The notes below the pieces were generated by a model. That model ran no database searches and was not told where the DNA came from. It was given only the letters and a program-made list of their open reading frames with translations. Shown here piece by piece: positions 21,607 to 31,183 of a stretch of DNA of 64,000 bases. A program made the position numbers and the translations under genes. This stretch comes from Alphaproteobacteria bacterium (GTDB taxonomy: Bacteria; Pseudomonadota; Alphaproteobacteria; UBA828), in NCBI GenBank assembly GCA_965237415.1, contig CBDEFM010000001.1, forward strand, positions 260,205-324,204. The letters run 5' to 3'. How positions within the stretch are numbered: position 1 is the stretch's first letter; the number at the start of each line of letters is the position of its first letter.

Positions 21607-21975
21607 ATGGACATGTTGAAGACACTAATGTGGGCGACAGTAAGCGTGATCGCCATAGTGGCAACCACAGAAAACCTGACGGGCGCTGACGGCACTAAGG
21701 CTGACACCTGGGCCAAGCAGATAGCAGAGAAGGACCCGCGGAACGCAAATTGGAGGGCGCTGAAAGCTCGCAAGATGAGCGTGGGTCTGATAGAGCAGCA
21801 GTGCCGCAAATACATCAACGGACCACGCAAGGCAGAGGCATTAGACGAGGTAGCCTCACAGCTGTACCACTGGCGAGAGACTGCATACGACATCGCGGAT
21901 GCCATGAACTACGACCACATACCGACTGCAAGGACCCTGTGCATGGACTTGAAGACCTTGAGCATCATACGCTGA
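21607..21975 (+). CDS. Hypothetical protein with N-terminal hydrophobic segment (122 aa)
   Basis: Strong SD GGAGGA 3 nt upstream of the ATG. N-terminal LMWATVSVIAIVATT looks like a signal or anchor. No homology recognised. Confidence 0.5.
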   Translation: MDMLKTLMWATVSVIAIVATTENLTGADGTKADTWAKQIAEKDPRNANWRALKARKMSVGLIEQQCRKYINGPRKAEALDEVASQLYHWRETAYDIADAMNYDHIPTARTLCMDLKTLSIIR

Positions 21976-22080
21976 CCAAATAGCGCTCCGCCCTACCCAT
22001 AGGCGTTGAACGCTGGCTGTTGTTCGGCGAGTGGTTGCGCGCCGATCGACGCGATAAGCTATTGAAGTGGCTTGATATTG

Positions 22081-22108
22081 GGGGTCAAAATTGCACGCCG
22101 AACAACAA
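22081..22108 (+). repeat. Third, internal copy (M) of the GGGG-type repeat (GGGGTCAAAATTGCACGCCGAACAACAA)
   Basis: 22/28 identical to copy L in the same orientation. Forms an inverted pair with copy R around the HExxH gene. Confidence 0.5.
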
Positions 22109-22145
22109 TAGAAGAAGGGGCAATGCGGTGGGAGGGCATCGCCGG

Positions 22146-22898
22146 ATGACAGAAATGAAACTGACGATCGATCTGCAAAGTTTTTCACCGAAGAACGAAG
22201 TGCGGAAGCGAGGAATCGCGACCACGCTGGAATCGACGTTCGAAGCCTTCATGTCGGTGTTCGAAAGGCAACCGGATGCGGGTGTGAACGTGGCATGGTG
22301 GGGATCGCCGAAGCCGCCGAGGACGTTGTTCGACCGTCGGCCGTACGAGATACGGCTGACAGCCCGGGGAAACGGCTGGCCGCAGTACGCCTATCAGTTT
22401 GCCCACGAGCTGTGCCACGTGATGACCAACTTTGATCGTGTCAAGGAACACCGGCACAAATGGTTCGAGGAAAGCCTGTGCGAGCTTGCCTCGCTCTTCG
22501 TGCTCTACAGGCTTGCCAAAGCATGGGCGGCCGATCCGCCTGCCGGAATAAGCGCAGCCGGGAGTTATGCCCCCGCCCATGCGGAGTACGCGCGGAGCGA
22601 GATGGGAAAGTCCGCTCCCGTACCGCGATCGGGACTTCCGGCGTGGATGAAAGCCAACATCGGCACGATGGAGGAGAACAGCACGAAACGTTGTCTCAAT
22701 CGGGTTGTTGCGGTCGCACTCCTGGATTGTTTCCGGCAAGACCCCGCGCTCTGGCGGGACTGCGCGTGCCTGAATTTCTGGGATGCCAGCAAGGACCCGA
22801 CATTCGCGGCGTATCTCGACTCGTGGGACGGGATTCTCAGCGGTCGGGGCGCCGTGCCGGGAGCGACGCCAAGCCTTGTGAGGGCACTGGTTCTTTGA
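22146..22898 (+). CDS. Putative zinc metallopeptidase, gluzincin-like HExxH...E motif (250 aa)
   Basis: FAHELCHVMTNFDRVKEHRHKWFEESLCELAS gives HExxH followed 17-18 residues later by a Glu in a WFEES context. This is reminiscent of the M1/MA-clan WLNEG motif. Start set at ATG 22146 (MTEMK). Confidence 0.55.
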   Translation: MTEMKLTIDLQSFSPKNEVRKRGIATTLESTFEAFMSVFERQPDAGVNVAWWGSPKPPRTLFDRRPYEIRLTARGNGWPQYAYQFAHELCHVMTNFDRVKEHRHKWFEESLCELASLFVLYRLAKAWAADPPAGISAAGSYAPAHAEYARSEMGKSAPVPRSGLPAWMKANIGTMEENSTKRCLNRVVAVALLDCFRQDPALWRDCACLNFWDASKDPTFAAYLDSWDGILSGRGAVPGATPSLVRALVL

Positions 22899-22983
22899 GA
22901 AGGGTGGTGTGCCGAGTCCAGTGTCCTGTTTCATAAATTACTAGTCACGATTGTTGTTCTGTGATTCGTTATGCCTCGGGTTG

Positions 22984-23021
22984 TCGATCTGGAGTGTTGT
23001 TAAGCACGCTTTGTTGACCCC
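22984..23021 (-). repeat. 38-bp GGGG-type terminal inverted repeat, copy R
   Basis: The reverse complement GGGGTCAACAAAGCGTGCTTAACAACACTCCAGATCGA matches copy L at 32/38. Confidence 0.7.
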
Positions 23022-23080
23022 CCGGAATCCAGCCAGATCAATGGATTACCGCGTCGATCGGCGCCGAACCCGCGCGCCGA

Positions 23081-23172
23081 TCAACAACCGGTTGCCGACG
23101 CAATGAAATTCTGACGCTGCGCTGGGAATTTATCGATTGTGGATTTCCTGCAAGGCGAGAATTTGCATAACT
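23081..23172 (+). pseudogene. Tyrosine-integrase fragment (catalytic Arg box only)
   Basis: Translates to TTGCRRNEILTLRWEFID. Compare LLLLTGCRQGEILTLRW in the intact integrases. It is flanked by unrelated sequence and an early stop. Confidence 0.45.
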
Positions 23173-23434
23173 GATTGTAACCAATCTATTTATTCTATTT
23201 CTCGCCGCCGCCTGGAAGACGGTTTCCTGCACTGTTCAACACTATTTCAACACGGGACCTCCGGTCATGAGCGAGCGCATCCCGGGCGCCGCACGCCGCA
23301 AAGGTAACCGTTCGGCGGCCCTTTCAATTACCCACATCTTGGTATTTTTAGTGTCTTGCCACAATTTGTTGTGTTTGTGGAGTAGAGCGTGATTCCTTGT
23401 CCGGCACCGAATCGGGAACGGAGAGGTGCGGATC

Positions 23435-24019
23435 ATGGAGCAACGTTGGTTCGACGAGGAACTATCGGGTTGCCAGCTTGGCGACGGTCGTCTGGATAGT
23501 CGCCTTCGCCAACTGGTGGAGCGCATGGATGCCGGGTTCGGCGAGAGCATTCCTCTTGCCTGCCAGGACTGGGCCAGCACGAAGGCGGCGTACCGCTTCT
23601 TCTCCAACGACCGGGTGAGCGAAGAAGATATTCTTCGGGGCCATTTCGACGCAACGCGGCGCCGGTTCGTCGCCAGCGACGGCCCGATGCTGGTTCTTCA
23701 CGACACGACGGAGTTTACATGGAAACGTAGGCGTTCCGAGGCAGTGGGCTTCACCACGAAGGTAAGCAGCGGCAAGGACAAGCGCGGTCGCGAGCGCATG
23801 CACACGGTCTGCGGGCTATTGATGCATTCGAGCCTGGTGGCGACGACGGATGGGTTGCCGCTGGGAATAGCCGCGGCCAAGTTCTGGACCCGGAAGAAGT
23901 TCAAGGGCACGAACGCCCTCAGGAGGAGGATCAACCCAACGCGCGTGCCGATCGAGGGCAAGGAGAGCATGCGCTGGCTGGACAACCTGCGTCGGCGGCC
24001 GGGGGATTTCAGCGATTGA
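23435..24019 (+). pseudogene. IS4-family (Tn5/IS50-like) transposase, N-terminal about 185 aa only
   Basis: LGDGRLDSRLRQLVERM, STKAAYRFFSNDRVSEEDIL and VLHDTTEF follow the Tn5 Tnp N-terminal DNA-binding region and first catalytic Asp. Homology stops near 23985, less than half of a full transposase. Confidence 0.7.
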
Positions 24020-24312
24020 GGGTTCGCTTCCAATCCCTTCTGAGGGGCCGGAGCCAGATGTCCTTTTTCGGCTGGGCGCGTTTCATGTGCCTGTCGTAGC
24101 GCCCGCGATCCTGGGTGGTTCCGACACGGATCCAGCCCGATGCCCTGTACGGCGCCGGTGTAGCGCGGGGTCTCGACGAAGGTCTCGATGAGCACGGGCG
24201 TTGTGTTGTAGCGCTCGGTCCAGTCCTCGGGCAGGCGGCGGCGGACGATGGCGAGGATGTGCGAGCCGAGGTTGGGGATCGTGATCCATGGGATTCCAGG
24301 ACAGGTGGTGTA
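24009..24312 (-). pseudogene. DUF4338 (DruA-like) protein, C-terminal fragment with internal frameshift
   Basis: Reverse frames give ..TCPGIPWITIPNLGSHILAIVRRRLPEDWTERYNTTPVLIETFVETPRYTGA, then after a 1-nt shift near 24145-24155 YRASGWIRVGTTQDRGRYDRHMKRAQPKKDIWLRPLRRDWKRTLNR*. The LIETFV..YRA.GW signature is the one I associate with DUF4338. Confidence 0.6.
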
Positions 24313-24599
24313 CGATAACGGGCGGGATCGGATTCAGGCTGACGGCGCGGTGGGAGGCGTACTGATCCTCACGATCGCGTTCGACGCGAGCGGCATCGGA
24401 AGGCAAGAAAGGGGATAACGTGTTCCGGGGCACACAACAGACTGGTGCGTGGCGTGGACGAGTGCACCCCCATCATCAAGCCGGCTCACAACGGTGGCGC
24501 GCGGGTCGGCGTGCACCCCGCGCGCCGGACCACGACCACTTGCAAGACCGGCCCCCTACGGCTGGCATCGCCGCCCGGAATAGGCCCGTGCGCTCCACC

Positions 24600-27500
24600 A
24601 TGGCTCGCGGGACCGCAGCCGCGCTGCTCACGCTGGCCGTGCTGTTGGGCGTGGCCCTGCCGGGTTCCCCCGCCTACGCGAGCGACGTGCTGTGGGAGGC
24701 CTCGTTGACGGTGGGCAACTACCTGACTGCGGACGAGCCGCATTCGGAGAGGGAACGAGGTTTTCGCAGGGAGTATTGCGTTCCGGAATCCTGGGGGTCG
24801 TACCTCGGTGAGGATTGGTCAAATCTTCTTGAAGAGGATCGATCCAATTATGATATGTGCTATGGCAGCATTTCCGACCGTACGTTCGAAGTGGATGGAA
24901 GGACCTACACGCTGGAAGGTGTATTTCACTGGGTTTCCGACGAAGTGTTCCTACTCGAATTCACGAGATCGGTCGATATGACCCCGCTGTTGGGCAAGGA
25001 GTTCATCGTCAACGGGGTCACGTTCCGGATGGCAGACGGGAGCTTCCCGGCTGGCAATAGAGGCGACGGCATCGTCTGGCATGCACCCCAATGGAACGCC
25101 GCCATGGGCTGGGAGGTGGGTTCCACCATCTCGGTGCAAATCAAGGAGTCGGGGCCGCTGACGGCAAAATTCCGGAACCTGCCGAACAGCCACAACCGGG
25201 AGCCGGCCCTTTTGGGGCTGTATCCGTTTGCCTTTCTGCTTGAGTTCAGCGAGGAGGTCGCGGTCGACGCGGACACCTTGCGCTCGGTGCTGACAGTGAC
25301 AGGCGGCGAGATGACCGGCATCGCGCGGCGATATCCGCCGAGGAACCAGATCTGGCGGATCACCGTGCAGCCGGCCTCGCTGGTCGCACCGGTGATGCTC
25401 ACGCTGACGGCGAAGGCGAGCTGCGAGGACGATGGGGCCATCTGCACCGCGGACGGCCGCCGCATGGCCGAGGCGGTCGAGGCCGAGGTGCCGGGCGCCC
25501 CGCCGCCCCGGGTGACGAATGTGGCGATACCGGGATCGTCGGGTCCCGGAGAGAACGGCACCTGGGACACGGGCGAGATCGTCCTTGCGCAGGTGAGCTT
25601 CAGCGTGCCGGTGACATTGGTGAAGCCTGGGGGCAGGGAACCGACCCTCGGCATCCTGCTCGACGGTATGCGCCGCGAGGCGGCGTACTGGACCAGAACC
25701 GAACGGACCCTCCTGTTCCGCTACACGGTGACCGCGGAGGACGACGGGGCGCGCAACGCGTGGGTGGTGTCGAACGGGCTGTCGCTCAACGGTACGACCC
25801 TCCGTGACGAGATCGACCGGGACGCGAATCTCGGCTTCTCTATCGCGCCGCCCCTCCCCGGGCTTTCGGTAGCGGATGTCACGGTGACGGAGGCCGCAGG
25901 CGCGACGGCGGATTTCGTGGTGACCCTGAGCCCGGCGGCGTCGGAGACGGTGACGGTGGACTACGCCACCTCGGACGGCACCGCGACCGCGGGGGCGGAC
26001 TACACGGACACCTCGGGGACGCTCACCTTCAACGCCGGCGAGACCTCGAAGACGGTCTCGGTGCCGGTGGTCGATGACGCCCACGAGGACAGCGGAGAGA
26101 CCTTCACGCTGACGCTCAGCAACGCGTCGGGCGGCGAGGCGTATCTTGCCGACGCAAGCGCGACCGGGGCTATCGAGAACGACGACCCCGCGGTGGAAGC
26201 GACGCCGCTGACGGCGGAGGTCCGGGACATTTCCGTGGAGGCCCACGATGGGAGCACGGCGTTCACCTTCGAGCTTCGCTTCAGCGAGGACGTAACGGGC
26301 CTGAGCTACGCGACGCTACGCAATTCCGCGTTCTCGGTAACGAACGGGCAGGTGACGCGGTCGCGACGCCTCGTGCAAGGGAAGAACAGACGCTGGGAAA
26401 TCACCGTCGCGCCCGACGGCAACGACGACGTCACCATCACGCTGCCGGCGACGACGGACTGCGCGGCCACGGGCGCCATCTGCAACGAAGACGGCCGTCC
26501 ACTCTCGGCGGCGGTCACGGCGACGGTCCCGCATACGGCGCAGGCGCAGACGGACACGCCCCCGCCGCCGGACTTCCGGGTCCGGTTCGAGGACATTCCG
26601 GCCGTGCATGACGGGACGAGCGCGATCGTCTTCAAGGTCAAGTTCAACACGAAGCCCAAGGCCAGCTACAGCTACGTCACGATGCGCGACGGCACGCTGG
26701 TCGTCCGGCAGGGCGGAGCGGCCATTGCGGTCACGCGGGCCAAACGCCTCAACAAGCCGCACAACGACCAGTGGGAGATCACGGTCAATCCGGTGTCGAA
26801 GGCGAACATGACGGTCGCGATCCGGCAGACCGCCTCGTGTAGCGAGACGGGCGCGATCTGCACGGAGACGGACGAGCCGCTCGCGAATGGCGGGCTCTCG
26901 CAGACGATCCTCGGCCCGCCGGGGCTCCGGGTGATGGATGCGGAGGTGCGGGAGGCCGCGGACGCGACGGTGGATTTCTCGGTCATCCTGAGCCCCGTGT
27001 CGTCGGCGACGGTGACGGTGAACTACGCCACCGCGGACGACACGGCCACCGCGGGCTCGGACTACACGGCCACGTCGGGGACGCTGACCTTCGAGCCGGG
27101 CGTCACCTTAAAGAGGGTGTCGGTGCCGGTGCTCGACGACGTCCTTGACGATGACGGGGAGACGTTCACGCTGACCTTGAGCAATCCCTCGGGGGCGAAT
27201 GCGTATCTGGTGGACGCCACGGCCACGGGCACCATCCGGAACTCCGACCCGCTACAGCAAGCGTGGCTGGCGCGGTTCGGCCGCACGGTGGCCGACCAGG
27301 TGATCGAGGCGGTGCAGGGCCGTATTCAGGCGCCGCCGCGTCCCGGGGTCGCGGTGAGTCTCGCCGGCCAGGCGATCGGCGGCGACGGATCGTTGTCCGG
27401 GGCCGGTTCCGCGGAGCCGGACGGCGCGGACGCGCGGGCGTCGCTGGCCGAGGAGACCGAGGCCCGGTCGCGGCTGGAGACGATGTCGAACTGGTTGCAG

Positions 27501-28799
27501 GGCGAGAATGAGGAGGATGGCAGTCGGGCCGGGTTCCGGTCACGCAGCGTGACGGAACGCGACCTGCTGACCGGGACGTCGTTCTCGCTGACGGGCGAGG
27601 CCGCGGCGGACGGCGGCTACGCGTCGCTGTGGGGCCGGGGCGCGGTCTCAAGCTTCGACGGCCGCGACGGCGACCTCACGCTCGACGGCGAGGTGACGAG
27701 CGCCATGCTCGGGGCGGACTGGACGCGCGACCCCGGATCGGGGTCCGGGGCAGGTGCGTGGACCGCCGGGCTTCTGGTGTCGCATTCGCGCGGCGACGGC
27801 AGCTACCGGGGCGAGGGCGAGGGCAAGGTCGAGAGCGCGCTGACCGGGCTCTATCCCTATGGGCGCTATGCGGTGAGCGACCGCGTGACGGTCTGGGGCG
27901 TGGCCGGCTACGGGTCGGGCACGCTCACGCTGACGCCGAAGAACCCGGTGGAGGGCGAGGACGACAGGCCGATCGAGACCGATATGAGCCTGACGATGGG
28001 CGCGGTGGGCGTGCGCGGGGTGATGATCGAGGCGCCGGCCGAAGGCGGCCCGGAACTCGCGGTCAAGTCGGACGCGATGATGGTGCGCACGAGCTCGGAG
28101 GCGGCAAGCGGCAGCGGCGGCAATCTCGCGGCGGCGGAGGCCGACGTGACCCGTCTGCGGCTCGGTCTGGAGGGGAGCTGGCGCGGCATCGAGGCCGGCG
28201 GCGGCGAACTGACGCCGCGTCTCGAGATCGGGCTTCGCCATGACGGCGGCGATGCCGAGACCGGCTTCGGCCTCGACCTCGGTGGCGGGCTTGCCTGGTC
28301 GCATCCGGCGAGCGGGGTCTCGGCCGAGCTCAGCGGGCGCGGCTTGCTGACCCACGAGGCCGGCGGCTTCCGCGACCGTGGTATCTCGGGCTCGCTCGGC
28401 TGGGATCCGCGGCCGGAGACCGGGCGCGGGGTGAGCCTCACGCTGACCCAGACGCTGGGTGCGTCGGCCTCGGGCGGCATGGACGCGCTCTTGTCGCGCG
28501 GCACCCTGGCGGATCTGGCGGCCAACGACGACGGGGCGGACGATCTGCAGCGCCGCCGTCTGGAGCTCCGGCTCGGCTACGGCGTCTCCGCCTTCGGGGA
28601 CCGGTTCACGGCGACGCCGGAGATCGGGCTCGGCCTGTCGGACAGCGCGCGCGACTACAGCCTCGGCTGGCGGCTCGGTCTCGACCGGTCCGGACCGAAC
28701 GCGCTCGAACTCCGGCTCGAGGCGACGCGGCGCGAGAGCGCAAACGACAACGCGGACCCGGAGCACGGCATCGGGTTCAAGCTGACGGCGAGCTGGTGA
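24600..28799 (+). CDS. Autotransporter with Calx-beta and Big-like passenger modules (about 1,399 aa)
   Basis: Signal peptide MARGTAAALLTLAVLLGVALPGSPAYA at ATG 24600. Two Calx-beta domains (..VDYATSDGTATAGADYTDTSGTLTFNAGETSKTVSVPVVDD..) and three 90-100-aa Big-like modules. The C-terminal about 470 aa is a beta-barrel translocator with alternating pattern, ending GFKLTASW. Confidence 0.85.
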   Translation: MARGTAAALLTLAVLLGVALPGSPAYASDVLWEASLTVGNYLTADEPHSERERGFRREYCVPESWGSYLGEDWSNLLEEDRSNYDMCYGSISDRTFEVDGRTYTLEGVFHWVSDEVFLLEFTRSVDMTPLLGKEFIVNGVTFRMADGSFPAGNRGDGIVWHAPQWNAAMGWEVGSTISVQIKESGPLTAKFRNLPNSHNREPALLGLYPFAFLLEFSEEVAVDADTLRSVLTVTGGEMTGIARRYPPRNQIWRITVQPASLVAPVMLTLTAKASCEDDGAICTADGRRMAEAVEAEVPGAPPPRVTNVAIPGSSGPGENGTWDTGEIVLAQVSFSVPVTLVKPGGREPTLGILLDGMRREAAYWTRTERTLLFRYTVTAEDDGARNAWVVSNGLSLNGTTLRDEIDRDANLGFSIAPPLPGLSVADVTVTEAAGATADFVVTLSPAASETVTVDYATSDGTATAGADYTDTSGTLTFNAGETSKTVSVPVVDDAHEDSGETFTLTLSNASGGEAYLADASATGAIENDDPAVEATPLTAEVRDISVEAHDGSTAFTFELRFSEDVTGLSYATLRNSAFSVTNGQVTRSRRLVQGKNRRWEITVAPDGNDDVTITLPATTDCAATGAICNEDGRPLSAAVTATVPHTAQAQTDTPPPPDFRVRFEDIPAVHDGTSAIVFKVKFNTKPKASYSYVTMRDGTLVVRQGGAAIAVTRAKRLNKPHNDQWEITVNPVSKANMTVAIRQTASCSETGAICTETDEPLANGGLSQTILGPPGLRVMDAEVREAADATVDFSVILSPVSSATVTVNYATADDTATAGSDYTATSGTLTFEPGVTLKRVSVPVLDDVLDDDGETFTLTLSNPSGANAYLVDATATGTIRNSDPLQQAWLARFGRTVADQVIEAVQGRIQAPPRPGVAVSLAGQAIGGDGSLSGAGSAEPDGADARASLAEETEARSRLETMSNWLQGENEEDGSRAGFRSRSVTERDLLTGTSFSLTGEAAADGGYASLWGRGAVSSFDGRDGDLTLDGEVTSAMLGADWTRDPGSGSGAGAWTAGLLVSHSRGDGSYRGEGEGKVESALTGLYPYGRYAVSDRVTVWGVAGYGSGTLTLTPKNPVEGEDDRPIETDMSLTMGAVGVRGVMIEAPAEGGPELAVKSDAMMVRTSSEAASGSGGNLAAAEADVTRLRLGLEGSWRGIEAGGGELTPRLEIGLRHDGGDAETGFGLDLGGGLAWSHPASGVSAELSGRGLLTHEAGGFRDRGISGSLGWDPRPETGRGVSLTLTQTLGASASGGMDALLSRGTLADLAANDDGADDLQRRRLELRLGYGVSAFGDRFTATPEIGLGLSDSARDYSLGWRLGLDRSGPNALELRLEATRRESANDNADPEHGIGFKLTASW

Positions 28800-29456
28800 G
28801 GGCGCGGCGATGCGTCCCCTCGCCCACCCGTTCCGCGGAGCCGGCGCCCGGACCTCAGGCCCGGGTGACCTTCCAGAGGACCTTGCCGACGATATGGATG
28901 TCCGCGGCAAGGCAGGTATAGGCCGGGTAGCCCGGGTTGACCGAGAGCAGGCGCAGGCTCGGCGGGCCCGGCTCGCGGACCGGCTCGACGCGCTTGACGA
29001 CGAGGCCGTCGCCGTCCCACAGCACGAACAGCTCGCCGGCGCCGGGCATGGTGCGCCCGGTGTCGACCACCAGGCGGTCGCCCTCGCGCAGCTCCGGCTC
29101 CATGGAGATGCCGCGCACCTTGATGATGCGCAAGGCCCCGGGCTCGGCGTCGCCCTCGTGGCGGATCATCGCCTCGGGGAGCCGCCAGCGGGCCTTCTCA
29201 AGCACGAAGTCGTCGTTCCAGGCGCCGGGTCCGGCGGCGGCCTCGATCTCCATCTCGGCGACGCCGGTGGTGCGGGGCCGGGTACCGCGGTCCTTCTTCT
29301 TCCAGGGCTTGGGGGCCGGGAGCTCGGCATGGCGCAGCCCGGCCGGATCGCAGTCGAGCAGCGTGCCGAGCGCCTCGCTGTCCTGGAAGGAGAGCACGCG
29401 GGGCATGCCGCGGGCGAGATATTGCTGGAGATAGGCCTTGTTGCGGCCGATGGCGA
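27261..29456 (+). repeat. Copy 1 of a 2.2-kb direct repeat (autotransporter beta-domain, intergenic spacer, and 3' three-quarters of the repressor gene)
   Basis: About 95-99% identical to 45815..47998 by eye, with a 24-bp indel (DPGSGSGAGAW vs DAW) and a small indel in the spacer. Identity drops sharply upstream of 27261 and ends abruptly at 29456. Confidence 0.9.
28855..29456 (-). pseudogene. CI/LexA-like S24 peptidase repressor, 5'-truncated duplicate (HTH lost, peptidase domain retained)
   Basis: Nearly identical to residues about 27-225 of the protein at 47397..48074. Homology breaks at 29456 within the HTH (..IGRNKAYLQQYLARG). GISMEP (Ser) and VVKRV (Lys) are retained. Confidence 0.8.
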
Positions 29457-29891
29457 TGAGTCGTCCTGGCCGTCGCCGTCGTCCTGCTCGTCGGCCAGCC
29501 GGTCATAGGCTTGCTCGACGCTCATGCCCTCCCACGCCTCGGCGTCGGGCGGCAGGGTGAAACCGGCGTCGCGCAGCAGCGCATGGGTGACGAGCTGCGA
29601 GGCCCGCTGCCAGCGTTCGGGGTCGCGTTCGCCCCGGCGGGTGTGATGCTTGAGGGCGCAGGCCAGCACCACGCGGCCGATCGCGGTCTCGATGAAATGC
29701 GCATCGGTGTCCACGATCCATTGGGGCGCATAGCGGATTTCGCGGCTGTCGCTGGCCACGGTCTCGCGGCTGGCATCGGCCCGGAGCGGCAGCCTGAGCG
29801 CCAGGCTGCCGAAGAAGGGCTGGTCGCGCAGCAATGCGGTCACGCAGCCGCTGATCCGCTGCGCCGATTCAGACTGCATGCGGGCGGCCAT
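29457..29891 (-). pseudogene. DUF2201-like (putative metallopeptidase/VWA-associated) protein, N-terminal 145 aa only
   Basis: MAARMQSESAQRISGCVTALLRDQPFFGSLALRLPL..REIRYAPQW.. resembles the N-terminal domain of DUF2201 proteins. It is cut at the repeat junction at 29456/29457. Confidence 0.45.
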
Positions 29892-30085
29892 CACGCCGCC
29901 CTCCGCGCGGGCTCGGCAGGGGCCTGGGCGTCCGGCGCGAAATACCCCGCGAACTGCTCCATCAGCGCATCGGCGTCGCGCTTCACCTGCGCCCGGGCGG
30001 CCGGGTCGAAGTTGCGCGACGGACGCAGCGTGTCGGGATCGACGCCGGCGATCTTGTCCTTCACCTGCTCGCACAGCCGCGCCAG
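29891..30085 (-). pseudogene. 3' part of a gene split by IS21 (hypothetical, possibly DUF3150-like)
   Basis: Reverse frame gives LARLCEQVKDKIAGVDPDTLRPSRNFDPAARAQVKRDADALMEQFAGYFAP..*. It joins in frame with 32862..33128 once the IS and one copy of the 6-bp duplication are removed. Its stop overlaps the next ATG. Confidence 0.6.
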
Positions 30086-30421
30086 TGCGGATTCTCACCA
30101 ACGTAGCCGGCCGTTCTCAATCAACGTAGCCGGCGATTCTCACTCAAGGTAGCCACCCAATCTCACCATGGTAGCCACCCCGGAGCGAAGCGAGGGATCA
30201 CGTTATTGTCGGCAGTTCTCCCTTCGCGATTTCCTCTTCAGCGATACCACCGCCGAAGGCCCTGCGGCAAGACGGGGGAGCATGGGGTGCGCGCGACGCG
30301 TGACCCCTCACGAGTCGGAGCGGCGCGCGCACCCCATGCCGTCGCACGATCCGTTCCACCACTCCGACGCTCCGGAGCGAAGCGACGATTCTGCCGCGCG
30401 AAGCGCGGCCCCCTGCCGCGG

Positions 30422-31183
30422 TCATGACTTGGTAGCAGCGTCGGCATCATCGGTGCGCATGGACGTGCCGTGCAGCTCGATCCGGGTGGCGCCGTGGACG
30501 AGACGGTCGAGGATTGCATCGGCGAGGGTGGGATCGTTGAGCTGCCGGTGCCAGTCGGCGACCGGGAGTTGGCTGGTGGCGACCACCGAGCGCCGGCCGA
30601 AGCGATCATCGAGTATCTCGAGGAGGTCGCGTGCCCGCGCGCCGTCGATCGGCGCCAGGCCCCAGTCGTCGAGGATGAGCACCTCGATGCGGGCAAGATC
30701 GCGGTAGAGCTTCAGTATGGTGCCCTCGCCATGGGCGATCCGCAGATCGGTGAGCAGCCGCGGCACGCGCAGGTACTGGGCTTGGTACCCTTCGAGGCAG
30801 GCCTTGTGGGCGAAGGCGCACGCGATCCAGGACTTGCCGGTGCCGCAGGGGCCGGTGATCAGGATATTGGCGCCGTTGCGGACCCACACGCAGTCGCCGA
30901 GGCCGAGCACGAGGCTGCGGTCGAGACCGCGGGGGCGGCTCAGGTTGATGTCCTCGAAGCAGGCGTCCTGGTGGCGGAGCTGGGCCTTCTTGAGCCGCCG
31001 CTGTAGGGCTCTGGATCGGCGCTCGGCGATCTCGCGGTCGATCAGCAACGCGAGGCGGTCCTCGAAGGTCATGTCATCGAGGTCGTGGCGCGCCATCTGT
31101 TCTAGGAAGGCGGCCTGCATCCCGGGTAGGCGCAGCTTGGCTATGCGCGCGGCCAGGGGGTGGGATACGGCGTTATCGGTCAT
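30422..31183 (-). CDS. istB: IS21 helper ATPase IstB
   Basis: 253 aa. Walker A GPCGTGKSW, Walker B VLILDDWG. Overlaps the istA stop. Confidence 0.9.
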   Translation of the reverse strand: MTDNAVSHPLAARIAKLRLPGMQAAFLEQMARHDLDDMTFEDRLALLIDREIAERRSRALQRRLKKAQLRHQDACFEDINLSRPRGLDRSLVLGLGDCVWVRNGANILITGPCGTGKSWIACAFAHKACLEGYQAQYLRVPRLLTDLRIAHGEGTILKLYRDLARIEVLILDDWGLAPIDGARARDLLEILDDRFGRRSVVATSQLPVADWHRQLNDPTLADAILDRLVHGATRIELHGTSMRTDDADAATKS

